64,000 nt of DNA from Lytechinus pictus. Lineage: Eukaryota. The translations under genes and the position numbers were made by a program. Under the pieces are notes generated by a model that worked only from the letters and a program-made list of their open reading frames with translations, searched no databases and was not told the DNA's origin. Positions 26,753-37,913 of this stretch are shown here, one piece after another (within the stretch, counting starts at the first letter, position 1; each line of letters begins with the position of its first letter). The stretch lies in NCBI RefSeq assembly GCF_037042905.1, contig NC_087251.1:39866001-39930000 (forward strand). Reading direction: 5' to 3'.

Positions 26753-29533
26753 GGTAAAAATGCGTTCCCATGCCAAGATTATGGCAGGTGAAATTATCGT
26801 AGAAAGCATTAACGATATTCGATATTCGGGCGTTAATAGATTTCGTATATAAAAGGCATTACGTTTGCCCTCTAGGAACAACCGTAACGAACGTTTAAAA
26901 GGTGAGATATATTACATTTATTTCGTACGTTTGATTATTATTTTTTTTTTTCGTTTGATTGATTTTGGGGCAGCTTGCTGCCCCTATTTACTTCTTAGTA
27001 CAGGAGGAACTAAGTGCTGAGTAAGTACTTTTTTGTAATATTGATGGCATGCCAATTTTATCCTTTTTTGAATTTCCATACAATTTCTACTTTACTTATA
27101 AGGATAATAGTGTGGTTCAGTGCACAGTCCCATAGCAGATCGAGTTGTAAACCCCATGGAGATTTTTTTTTCCATGGTAATCCTCAAAAAGTCAAGTGTG
27201 AGTGCGAATGGATGGATCATGAATAGGCCTATCGATATAGAAACAGATAAAGACCCTACATTTAAAGTCAAAAGAAGACCAAAGATTCTTCCTACACGTA
27301 GATATGCTCAGATTGTTTTTGTACAATTCTTAATTGGACAAATAATAGTTCTAACAACTGACAGCCCCATGCACGTAATAGTAATAGATCTAGACATCGT
27401 TACCATTATGGACATCATGTGTCGTGTTGACAAAACTGAATATGGGCTATCCATCCGTTTCATATTTTTGTTATTTTATAGGGGAAATCAATACTTTACT
27501 ATACCATGGTTGTTGCTCAAAGGATCGTGGGTTTTGAATTGGAAAGGGCCATTGTATGCGCTTATAAGGAACAAATTGTAACAATCGTATAAAAACATAG
27601 GCCTAACTTTCTTTATATTATTATATCTAGATGAAACATTAGCAAACAATTAACAACTTAAATTGTTTACCGCATGGAGATGATGATGATGATTATGATA
27701 GCGATGATAGCGCCGGTTATTGATCAATTCAATTAAATTCAAGAATTGCATTTATTGATGATTATGCAATATCGTACATGGATTAAGCTGCAGCTGTAGC
27801 TTTCTTCTTAAAAAGGTTGTTGGCACAATATATAAACATCATAATACATTATACATTTATATGAAAAACAATGTAAAATGTCATGAGGAAAATATAATTT
27901 TGATTTTTTTTTTGGTAGATCTAGTGCATAATCCTCACATTAAAATAATTATCAGAATCGAGATTTTGATTAACATGGATTGATTGTGTTTATGTTTCAG
28001 GTAAGGAATACCCCAAAAGTGTCTACCCGGCATTAGCAAGGTGGTATTTGGACAGCAAAGAAAATCGCGACTTTCGTCGTCTTGCCGACCTGAGTGACTT
28101 GAAACCTCGGTCATTATGGTTATACATGTATATACCCAAAGAACAATATACTTGTATCACGTCATGATCTTAATTAATGTTGTCGAGCTGGTTTGTGAGG
28201 CGAATTTTAATGTCACAGTTTGTAGAAAAGGTCACACATCTAGGACCTTAGTATAGGGGATTGACTAAATTTGCTCGGTAAATTTATAATATCATGTCAA
28301 GAAGATTACTGCATTATCGCCCGACGGTTACTTATTCTTAACGCGACTGGGATAGTACGACTATTCCTGAAACGAGTTGAGGTGGCGCTATAGTTAAAAT
28401 CGTATTTTGGCTTTACTTTGGACTAGGGAAAAACATAAACCGTTGACTTTGTTTTTACGTTTTCCTCCGTCCAGTCGTTCATTCATTGAGTCTCTCGTAC
28501 GATCATTCGTTTCTTGCTTTTAGTCATCATGCTCAATACGTAGCACCGATCGTCTCGTTCGTTTGGATTATCGCGGTAAGTTTAATTTCACTAGTAATCT
28601 TATTACAATGTCTTTGTATATAAATCAATCAATGATATCAGTCTATATTTTCAAATTCGTTTTTAACATTGCTGTTATTAAAATTTCGTAATTTTGATTT
28701 GACACTTTAATACAGATCCACATTTCTTCACATTTAGTAAAGTGGTGGAGACATAGTTTTTCATAATATTACCGTTAATTCTATTATTAAAGGGGCTTTA
28801 GACAAATTACGTACTTAGAAATAATGAAATCAAACTAGCAACGACATAGGTTTGATATTTTTTCTATCGATAGATCTAGATAATGAATAGAAATATTATT
28901 TTTTTAAACGGATGATTATTATCAAGTGACAACAAACCATGAGGTTTGTATATTGGGTGCATGGTTTATGTATAATCAAATGCCAAACAATCGTCAGAAA
29001 CAAACACTATTTTCAATTATTACTATTTTCTTGTTAATGTTCCAGGTGTGGAATGTGAATAGGGGCCTACATCTTCACGCGCTTTGAAAGAGAAGCTTCT
29101 GCAACCATATCGACTAGCAAATACCCTCTTGAAAATCTAACAAGCTCCGCGAGAGTAATTTTCCTGTGGAACAATTATACAGCAGTTTTTTCATCGATAT
29201 CCAACAAAGCTTATACAACCAAAGAGGTTTAATACAGCTGAACAATTTATCTCATCCTTAGAAAGGGATGAAAACTAATGTAATATACCAGATATTTGGT
29301 ATTCTGGTAGGGTATGGTTGATTGTGGGGTTGACTATTTTGGTTGATAACTCGTAATGAGTAATGACGATATATACACAAACTGTAAAAAAAATGTAACT
29401 AAGTGTGAGGATTTTAGTTGTAATGTCAGATTGTTTGAGAGCCAGGATATGTATAATGAGTATTTTATTCCACAGGTTTCCTTCTAGCAGCGATTTGTCA
29501 AAACTAATTTAATTTAGTAATCTTTTGAATCAG

Positions 29534-32500
29534 AGATTCGTCACCCTTCCACCAGAAAGCAAGTATTCTCCTTCCAATTACCACTAGCTCTATCACCCTT
29601 TCATCAGTGAGCAACTAGCCACCTTCCGTCTTCAACTAGCTTTGTCATCCTTTCGTCAGAGAGCAACTAGTCTCATTCCTTCTACTAATAGTTTCGTCAC
29701 CCTTTCATCAGAAACTAACAATTTCTCCTTCACTTTACCACTAGCTTTGTCAACCTTTTACCAGAGATCAACGAGTCGCATTCCATTTACCACTAGTTTC
29801 GATACCCTTTCATCTGAGAACAACTAGTCTCTCATCTACCACCAGCTTCATCACCCTGTCATCAGACAGTCTCATCCATCTACCACTGGCTTCGTCACCC
29901 TTTCAGTAGAGACCAACTAGTTTCCTTCCTTTTTCAACTAGTTTCGTCACCATTTAGAGCAAGTAGTCTCTTTCTATCTACAACTAGCTTTCTCATCCTT
30001 TCATCAGAGAGCAACTAGTCTCCTCCATCTACCACAAGCTCTATCACCCTTTCATCATAGAGCAACTAGTCTTCTCTTTCCATCTATCACTAGTTCCATC
30101 ACCCTTTCATCAAAGAGCAGCTAGTCTCCTTCCATCTACCACTAGTTTCATAACCCTTTCATCTGAGACAATTAGTCTCCCATGTACCACCAGCTTCATC
30201 ACCCTGTCATCAGAGAGTCTATTCCATCTACCACTAGCTTCGTCACCCTTAAATCAGAGAGCAACAAGTCTCCTTCCTTCTTCAACTAGCTTCGTCACCC
30301 TTTAGAGCAAGTAGTCTCTTTCTATCTACCACTAGTTTGTCATCCTTTCATCAGAGAGCAACTAGTCTTCTTCCATCTACCACTAGCTTTGTCACCCTTA
30401 AATCAGAGAGCAAGCAGTCTCCTTCCATCTACCACTAGCTTCGTCACCCTTTCATCTGAGAGCAACTAGTCTCTTTCATCTACCACCAGCTTCATCACCC
30501 TGTCATCAGACAGTCTCTTCCATCTACCACTAGCTTAGTCACCCTTAAATCAGAAAGCAACCAGTCTCCTTCCATCTACCACTAGCTCTCGTCACCCTTT
30601 CATCTCGGAGGAACTAGCATCCTTCTATCTACAACTGGCTTCGTCACCCTTGCACAGAGAGCAACTAATCTCCTACCACAAGCTTTGTCACCCTTTCATC
30701 AGAGCCTCCTTCCATCTACCACTAGCTTCGTCACCCTTCCATGAGAGAACAAATAGTCTCCTTCCATCTACCGCCAGCTCATCTCCCTCCATCTACCATA
30801 GTTTTGTCACCGTCTAATCAGAGAACATCTAGTCTCATTCCATTTACCACTAGCTTCGTCACCTTTTCATCATAGAACAACTAGCCTTCTTCCATTTACC
30901 AATAGCTTCTTAATCATTCCATCAGATACCAACTAGCTTCCTTCCATCTACCACTGGCTGCGTCACCATTTATAGCAAGTAGTCTCTTTCATCTACCACT
31001 AGCTTTCTCATCCTTTCATCAGAGAGCAACTAGTTTCTTTCCCATCTACCACCAGCTTTTTCACTCTTACACCAGCGACCAACTAGTTTCCTTCAACCAG
31101 CTTCGTAACCCTTTAGAGCAAGTAGTCTCTTTCCATCAACCACTAGCTTCGTCACCCTTTCACCAGTGAGTAACTATTCTCCTTCTGTCTACCACTAGCT
31201 TCGTCATCCTTTCATCAGAGAGCAACTAGTCTCCTCCATCTACCACAAGCTCTATCACCCTTTCATCAGAGAGCAACTAGTCTCCTCCATTTATCACTAG
31301 TTCCATCACCCTTTCATCAGAGAGCAAATAGTCTCCTTCCATCTACCACTAGTTTCGTCACCCTTTCATCTGAGAACAACTAGTCTCTCATCTACCACCA
31401 GATTCATCACTCTGTCATCAGCGAGTCTCTTCCATCTACCACTAGCTTCGTCACCCTTAAGTCAGAGAGCAACTAGTCTCATTCCTTATTCAACTAGCTT
31501 CGTCATCCTTTACAACAAGGAGTCTCATTCTATCTACCACCAGCTTCGTCACCCTTTCATCAGTGAGCAACTAGTCTCCTTCCATCTATACTAGGTTCGT
31601 CACCCTTAAATCAGAGAGAAACTAGTCTCATTCCTTATTCAACTAGCTTCGTCACCCTTTACAACAAGGAGTCTCATTCTATCTACCACCAGCTTCGTCA
31701 CCCTTTCATCAGTGAGCAACTAGTCTCCTTCCATCTATACTAGGTTCGTCACCCTTAAATCAGAGAGAAACTAGTATCCTTCCATCTACGACTAGCTCTC
31801 GTCACCATTTCATCTGGGAGGAACTAGCATCCATCTGGCTACCACTGGTTTCGTCACCCTTGCACAGAGAGCACCTTATCTCCTACCACAAGCTTTGTCA
31901 CCCTTTCATCAGAACCTCCTTCCATCTACCACTAGCTTCGTCACCCTTCCATGAGAGAAAAAATAGTCTCCTTCCATCTACCGCCAGCTCATTTCCCTCC
32001 ATCTACCACTAGTTTTGTCACGGTCTAGTCAGAGAACATCTAGTCTCCTTCCATCTAACACTAGCTTCGTCACCCTTTTACCAGAGATCAACTAGTCTCA
32101 CTCCATTTACCACTAGTTTCGAAACCCTTTCATCTGGGAACAACTAGTCTCTCATCTACCACCAGCTTCATCACCCTGTCATCAGACAGCCTCTTCCATC
32201 TAACACCTGCTTCGCCACCCTTTCAGTAGAGACCAACTAGTTTCCTTCCTTCTTCAACTAGTTTCGTCACCATTTATAGCAAGTAGTCTCTTTCATCTAC
32301 CACTAGCTTTCTCATCCTTTCATCAGAGAGCAACTAGTTTCTTTCCCATCTACCACTAGCTTTTTCACCCTTACACAAGCGACCAACTAGTTTCCTTCAA
32401 CCAGCTTCGTAACCCTTTAGAGCAAGTAGTCTTTTTCTATCTACTACTAGCTTCTTCATCCTTTCATCAGAGAGCAACTAGTCTCCTCCATCTACCGCAA

Positions 32501-33700
32501 GCTCTATCACCCTTTCATCAGAGAGCAACTAGTCTCTTTCCATCTACCACTAGTTCCATCACCCTTTCATCAGAAAGCAAATGGTTTCCTTCCGTCTGCA
32601 ACTAGCTCCGTCACCCTTTAGAGCAAGTAGTCTCTTTCTATCTACCACTAGCTTCTTCATCCTTTCATCAGAGAGCAACTAGTCTCCTCCATCTACCACA
32701 AGCTCTATCACCCTTTCATCAGAGAGCAACTAGTCTCTTTCCATCTACCACTAGTTCCATCACCCTTTCATCAGAGAGCAAATGGTTTCCTTCCTTCTGC
32801 AACTAGCTTCGTCACCCTTTAGAGCAAGTAGTCTCGTACTATCTACTACTACCTTCGTTACCCTTTCATCAGAGAGCAACTAGTCTCCTTCCATCTACCA
32901 CTAGCTTCGTCACCTTTTCATCAGAGAGTCTATTCCATCTACCACTAGCTTCGTCACCTTTTTATCAGAGAGCAACTAGTCCCCTTCCATCTATCACTAG
33001 TTTCATCATCATTTCATCAGAGAGGAACTGGTCTCTATCCACCACTAGCTGCGTCACCCTTTCATCTCGGATGAACTAGCATCCTTCTATTTACCACTGG
33101 CTTCGTCACCCTTCCACAGATAGCAACTAATCTCCTACCACACGCTTTGTGACCCTTTCATCAGAGCCTCATTCCATCTACCACTAGCTTCGTCACCCTT
33201 CCATGAGAGAACAAATAGTCTCCTTCCATCTACCGCCAGCTCATCTCCCTCCATCTACCACTAGTTTTGTCACCGTTTAATCAGAGAACATTTCTCTCCT
33301 CCATCTACCACAAGCTCTATTATCCTTTCATCAGAGAGCAACTAGTCCCCTTCCATCTATCACTAGTTTCATCACCTTTTCATCAGAGAGCAACTTGTCT
33401 CCATCTACCACTAGCTTCGTCACCTTTTCATCTGGGAGAAACTAGCATCCTTCCTTCTTCAACTAGTTTTGTCACCATTTATAGCAAGTAGTCTCTTTCA
33501 TCTACCACCAGCTTCTTCACCCTTTCACATTCCATGTGACAACAAATAGTCTCCTTCCATCTTCCGCCAGCCCATCTCCCTCCATCTACCACTAGTTTTG
33601 TCACCGTTTAATTAGAGAATCTCTAGTCTCCTTCCATCTAACACTAGCTTCGTCATCATTTAATCAGAGAGTAACTCGTCTCCTTCCTTCCTACAGTTTC
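29534..33700 (+). repeat. ~52-bp minisatellite array, copy 1 (~80 units)
   Basis: Consensus CCATCTACCACTAGCTTCGTCACCCTTTCATCAGAGAGCAACTAGTCTCCTT, with higher-order duplications. Confidence 0.95.
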
Positions 33701-34530
33701 CATCCTAGCTTTTACCATGATCCTATTCAACATTTCACCGTTAATAAGTTCTGCTGTTTCTATCGACCATTTCACCCTTCGTCTAAATAAAGGTAAGAAA
33801 TAATAGATATTTTAAATGTAATTTCACCTCCTTTTCACATTTAATCTAAAGCCATTAAGCTGTTTCCATATCAATTTATTACGCAACTATTAAAATCAAA
33901 GAGTATCCAATAAGTATGACAAAATCAATATTACAGTTAAGGTTACAATTAAACTGAGACTCAAAACTTTATGAGAAACTCCAATCATTATCATTGATAT
34001 AATATTATTAACTGTTTCTCCCATGATTTCAAAAAAGCCCGCCGCCCACCCCCCCCCCCCCCAATTTTTTTTTACCTTCTGCCAGGCCAAGCTGGAATAA
34101 AAAAGCATAAAATATTGATAAAATCTGAAGGAAACAACAGGGTTGAAGTTAATGTTTGAAATGTTAATTTTCTCTTTACTTTAATTTCAGCTTAGTTTTA
34201 GCGATATTTCATTTTTATTCAGGAGATATCTTTTGACAAAGTAATCACTGTTTTGATGGCAACAAAGACCTATAGAGAACACTGTTATCCAGATGTCACG
34301 ATGATTTCAACAGCAGAATCAGTAACTCAGTGGTATGTTTTTTATTTCCTTTTTAGGCTGGATAAGAGTAAAGACAATGCTAATAATAATAATTCTTATT
34401 TACTCAGGTTAGCCGCTTCGCATCAGCGTTTATTGGCAGTGTTTTACGAAAGTAGTACATTTTTTTAGATAGAGAATGTATCATGATACCAATGCTAACA
34501 ACTCTAAATGACGTTACCCAAACAGGCATA

Positions 34531-37500
34531 AGCAAGGTTTCCACTTTGGCGAGTTGGAGTTGCGAGTCATACGCGAGCTGCGCGAGCTCTAACTCGCCTT
34601 AGCTCGCACAAGCTCGCGTGAAATTTACATTTTTCCCTGGAATTTGCTTGAGTGACAAACGACTCAACATCGAGTTCACTACGCTCGTTGTACGAGTGAA
34701 CCGAGCGCGAAACGAGTCAGGCCGAGCTTAGTATGAGTTGCGGTGACCTTTATACGACTTAAAGCGAGCTATGAACGAGTTATAAAGATTTTGTTACGAG
34801 TGATAAGAGTTTCATACGACCTAGGGGTGGGAAATGCACATTTTTGGCACTCAAAGATGGATGCCGGCGGAGGGGGCGTCAACACCAAATCTTAACCGAA
34901 GGTTAAGTTTTTGAAATGGCATCATAACTGAGAAAGTATTTGGACCTAGTTCATGAAACTTGACCATAAGGTTTATCAAGCATTACAAAATATTCTTTTC
35001 GAGTTTCAGGTCACAAGACCAAGGTCAGAGGTCATTTATGGTCAATGAACGTAGACCATGTTTAGGGAATCAACATCAAAGTCTTAACCTACGGTTAAGT
35101 TTTTGAAATGTCATCATAACTTAGAAAATATATGAACCTAGTTCATGAAACGTGGACATAAGGTTATTAAAGTATATAAACATCCTGCTTGAGTTTCAAG
35201 TCACATGACTAAGGTCAATTAGGGTCAATGGACTTTGGCCAATTGGGGTATTTGTTAAATTAACATTATAACTTTGAAAGTTTATGAATCTGATTCATGA
35301 AACTTGAACATAAGAGTAATCAGGTATCACTAAACATCCTGTGCGGATATCAGGTCACATGTCCAAGGTCAAAGGTCAATGAACTTTAGTGATGTTCGGG
35401 TGATCTGTTGAATTACCATCATAACTTTAAAAGTTTATAGATCTGATTCATGAATCTTAGATATAAGAGTAATCAAGTATTCCTGAACATCCTGTGCGAG
35501 TTTCAGGTCACATGACGAAGGTCAAAGGTCATTTATGGTCAATAAACTTTGGCCATGTTGGGGGTATTTGTTGAATTACCATCATAACTTTGAAAGCTTA
35601 TGGATATGATTCATCAACTTGGATATTAGAGTAGTCAAGTATCACCGAACATTTCATGACAGTTTCAGGTCACATGACCAAAGTCAAAGGTCATTTAAGG
35701 TTATTGAACTTTGGCCATTTTGGAGATTAATACTATATTACTGTCATAACTTTCAAAGTTTAGATACAGTTTATAAAATGTGGATATAGGGGTAATCTAG
35801 TATCACTGACAAGTCTTAGGTCAAATGATAAAGGTCAAATGTCATTTATTGTAAATGAACGTAGTATTGTATCAATGTATGAATGGTGTTTTTGTGAATA
35901 ATTATTTTACAATAGTTTTCAGAGTCAGCACTACTTCTATATTGGATAGCGTGATGCAGAGGCGCTCCACTTGGACCTTAATTGTCCAGTTTGATGTCTT
36001 GTTTTTTTACCTTGGCTCTGCTCGTCATTGACCTCCTCTTCCGTTTCAATTGTCTCTTCCTGCACTTCTTCTACCCTTGTTTGAATGTCATCTTCTTTCG
36101 CTGTTTCCCTATCTGAATGGCCACAACTCTTGGATCTTTTGGATCGAGGCATATTTCTCTCCTTATTTGTTGAAAGTTGTAATAATGCAGTGGAAACAGC
36201 CTTTTTAAAAGTACGTGTACATTGCGTGGGTCAGTTAAAATGTGCTCTCACTTTAAAATAACTCCTCAAAAAAAGTTTGGAAATCCGACTTTAATCAAAA
36301 CTCCCTCCTCAGTTTTAGTAAATATCAATTGTTATTAATATCAATGAATAGATCATTTAAGTGTCTTTAAATGATACCCTACATGATATGATTATGGTTC
36401 ACATGGAGGTGCAGTGCCTTGAAATGTAGGGCAAGGTCAAAAATCAAAATTAAGTTGCAAAGAGACACAGTATTGAAAGTCACTGTTCCTTTGATGAGTG
36501 AGTATTTTAAGCGGTTTCTTTTGAGTTTGATCGGTAATCCCGCCTCGGTTTTAGTAAATATCAAGTTGAATTAATATCAATGAATAGATCATTTAAGTGT
36601 CTTTAAATGATACCCTACATGATATGATTATGGCTCACATGGAGGTGCAGTGCCTTGAAATGCGGGGCAAGGTCAAAATTCAAAATTTGCAAAATGACAC
36701 AATATTGAAAGTCACTGTTCTTTTCTTCCATGATGATGAGTGAGATTCTCAGCAATTGTTTTCATGCACCTTAATATCAACATTCAAATGGAATCAAACA
36801 CACCTCTGCACAAGCAAACACACAACAAACAAACATAAACCACAACAAAACATTATGAAATGAAAAAGCAGGGGTTTGATTTGAATGGATTTTCATCTTT
36901 ATTGACACAGACAAAAACATCATGTTCTGTATTGACCCTTCATGATTACTTATGCTCGTTTTGCAGCTTTTTACTTGAGACCTCATCCAACACTTATTAA
37001 TTTTGTTCTTTTTTTGATGGCATGATCATAACAAGCATGGGATCATTTAAAAGAGAATCAAATGATCTTTTGAAAGATATCAAATATGCATTGTGTAAAA
37101 TTCGGAGTCGGGATAAATTAATGGCCAAACTCAGATTTCCAAACTTTTTTGCTCGTTTTGCAGCTTTTCAATTCAGACTTTATCCAACACTTTTGAATCC
37201 TGCTCTTTTCGTGATGGCATGATCATAACAAGCATGGTATCATTGTAAAGGAAATTGAATGACCTTTTAAATGAATGATGTCAAATGTGCAATGTGTAAA
37301 TTTTGGAGTTGGGAGAAATTAATGGCCAAACTCAGATTTCAAACTTTTTTTGAGGGGTTTATATGTGGGGAAAATATAGATCACTGGACATTTATCATTC
37401 AGCTGGCATGCCTCTGAGCTATTGCAACGCACTCGGATACGAAACTCGCTGTAACTCGGGGTGCTCGATCTAAAGTCGCGCTAATCTCGTGGGCACCTCC

Positions 37501-37910
37501 ATTTGACTCGTAAAACGATCGCAATGCTCGTATATCGCTCTTGAAAACTCGGAACGCACTCGCGTATACTCAGATGTGGCGAGTTATTACGAGTTATTGT
37601 GAGTTTATCTCGAGCTTCTTACGAGTTATTGCGAGTGCTGCGAGTATATAACGAGTTTAGGTGAGTTCAGCACGAGTTACAGCGAGTTAGCAAAATTTTT
37701 GAACATGTTCAAAAATTTTGAAACAGCTCACGACTTCAAGGAGAGTTGTCCCGAGCTTGAACGAGCTCCGCCGAGCTCTGCCGAGTTGTCGCGAGTTATC
37801 CCGAGTTTCATGGTGAGCTTTATGCGAGTTATCGCGAGTGCCTCATTTTGGCAACTCGCTATAACTCGCCATAACTCGCGATGTTAACTCGCCAAAGTGG
37901 AAACCTTGCT
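34531..37910 (+). mobile_element. PIF/Harbinger-like non-autonomous element A
   Basis: TIRs AGCAAGGTTTCCACTTTGGCGAGTT / AACTCGCCAAAGTGGAAACCTTGCT, dense subterminal CGAGTT/AACTCG motifs, followed by TAA. Empty site in copy 2 at ~51960-51980. Superfamily inferred from the 3-bp TWA target. Confidence 0.75.
34865..35972 (+). mobile_element. 5'-truncated DINE-1/Helentron-like element carried inside element A (mirror copy ~39425-40535)
   Basis: Collinear with 23035-23928, from GGCGTCAACACCAAATCTTAACC to CAGAGGCRYTCCACTTG. Confidence 0.85.
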
Positions 37911-37913
37911 TAA

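Noticed and set aside
27120-27581. 153-aa ORF in copy 1
   Set aside because: It has a non-ATG start and no recognisable motif. It is open only because of copy-1-specific indels, and the frame is broken in copies 2 and 3.
29534-33700. Mucin-like S/T/P-rich coding exon (PSTTSFVTLSS..., HLPLASSPFHQRATS...)
   Set aside because: The modal unit is 52 bp (not 3n) and contains TAG, so frames rotate into stops. The longest ORF in any array is 109 aa.
29534-33700. CRISPR array
   Set aside because: There are no unique spacers; the units are contiguous degenerate tandem repeats in a eukaryotic context with no cas genes.
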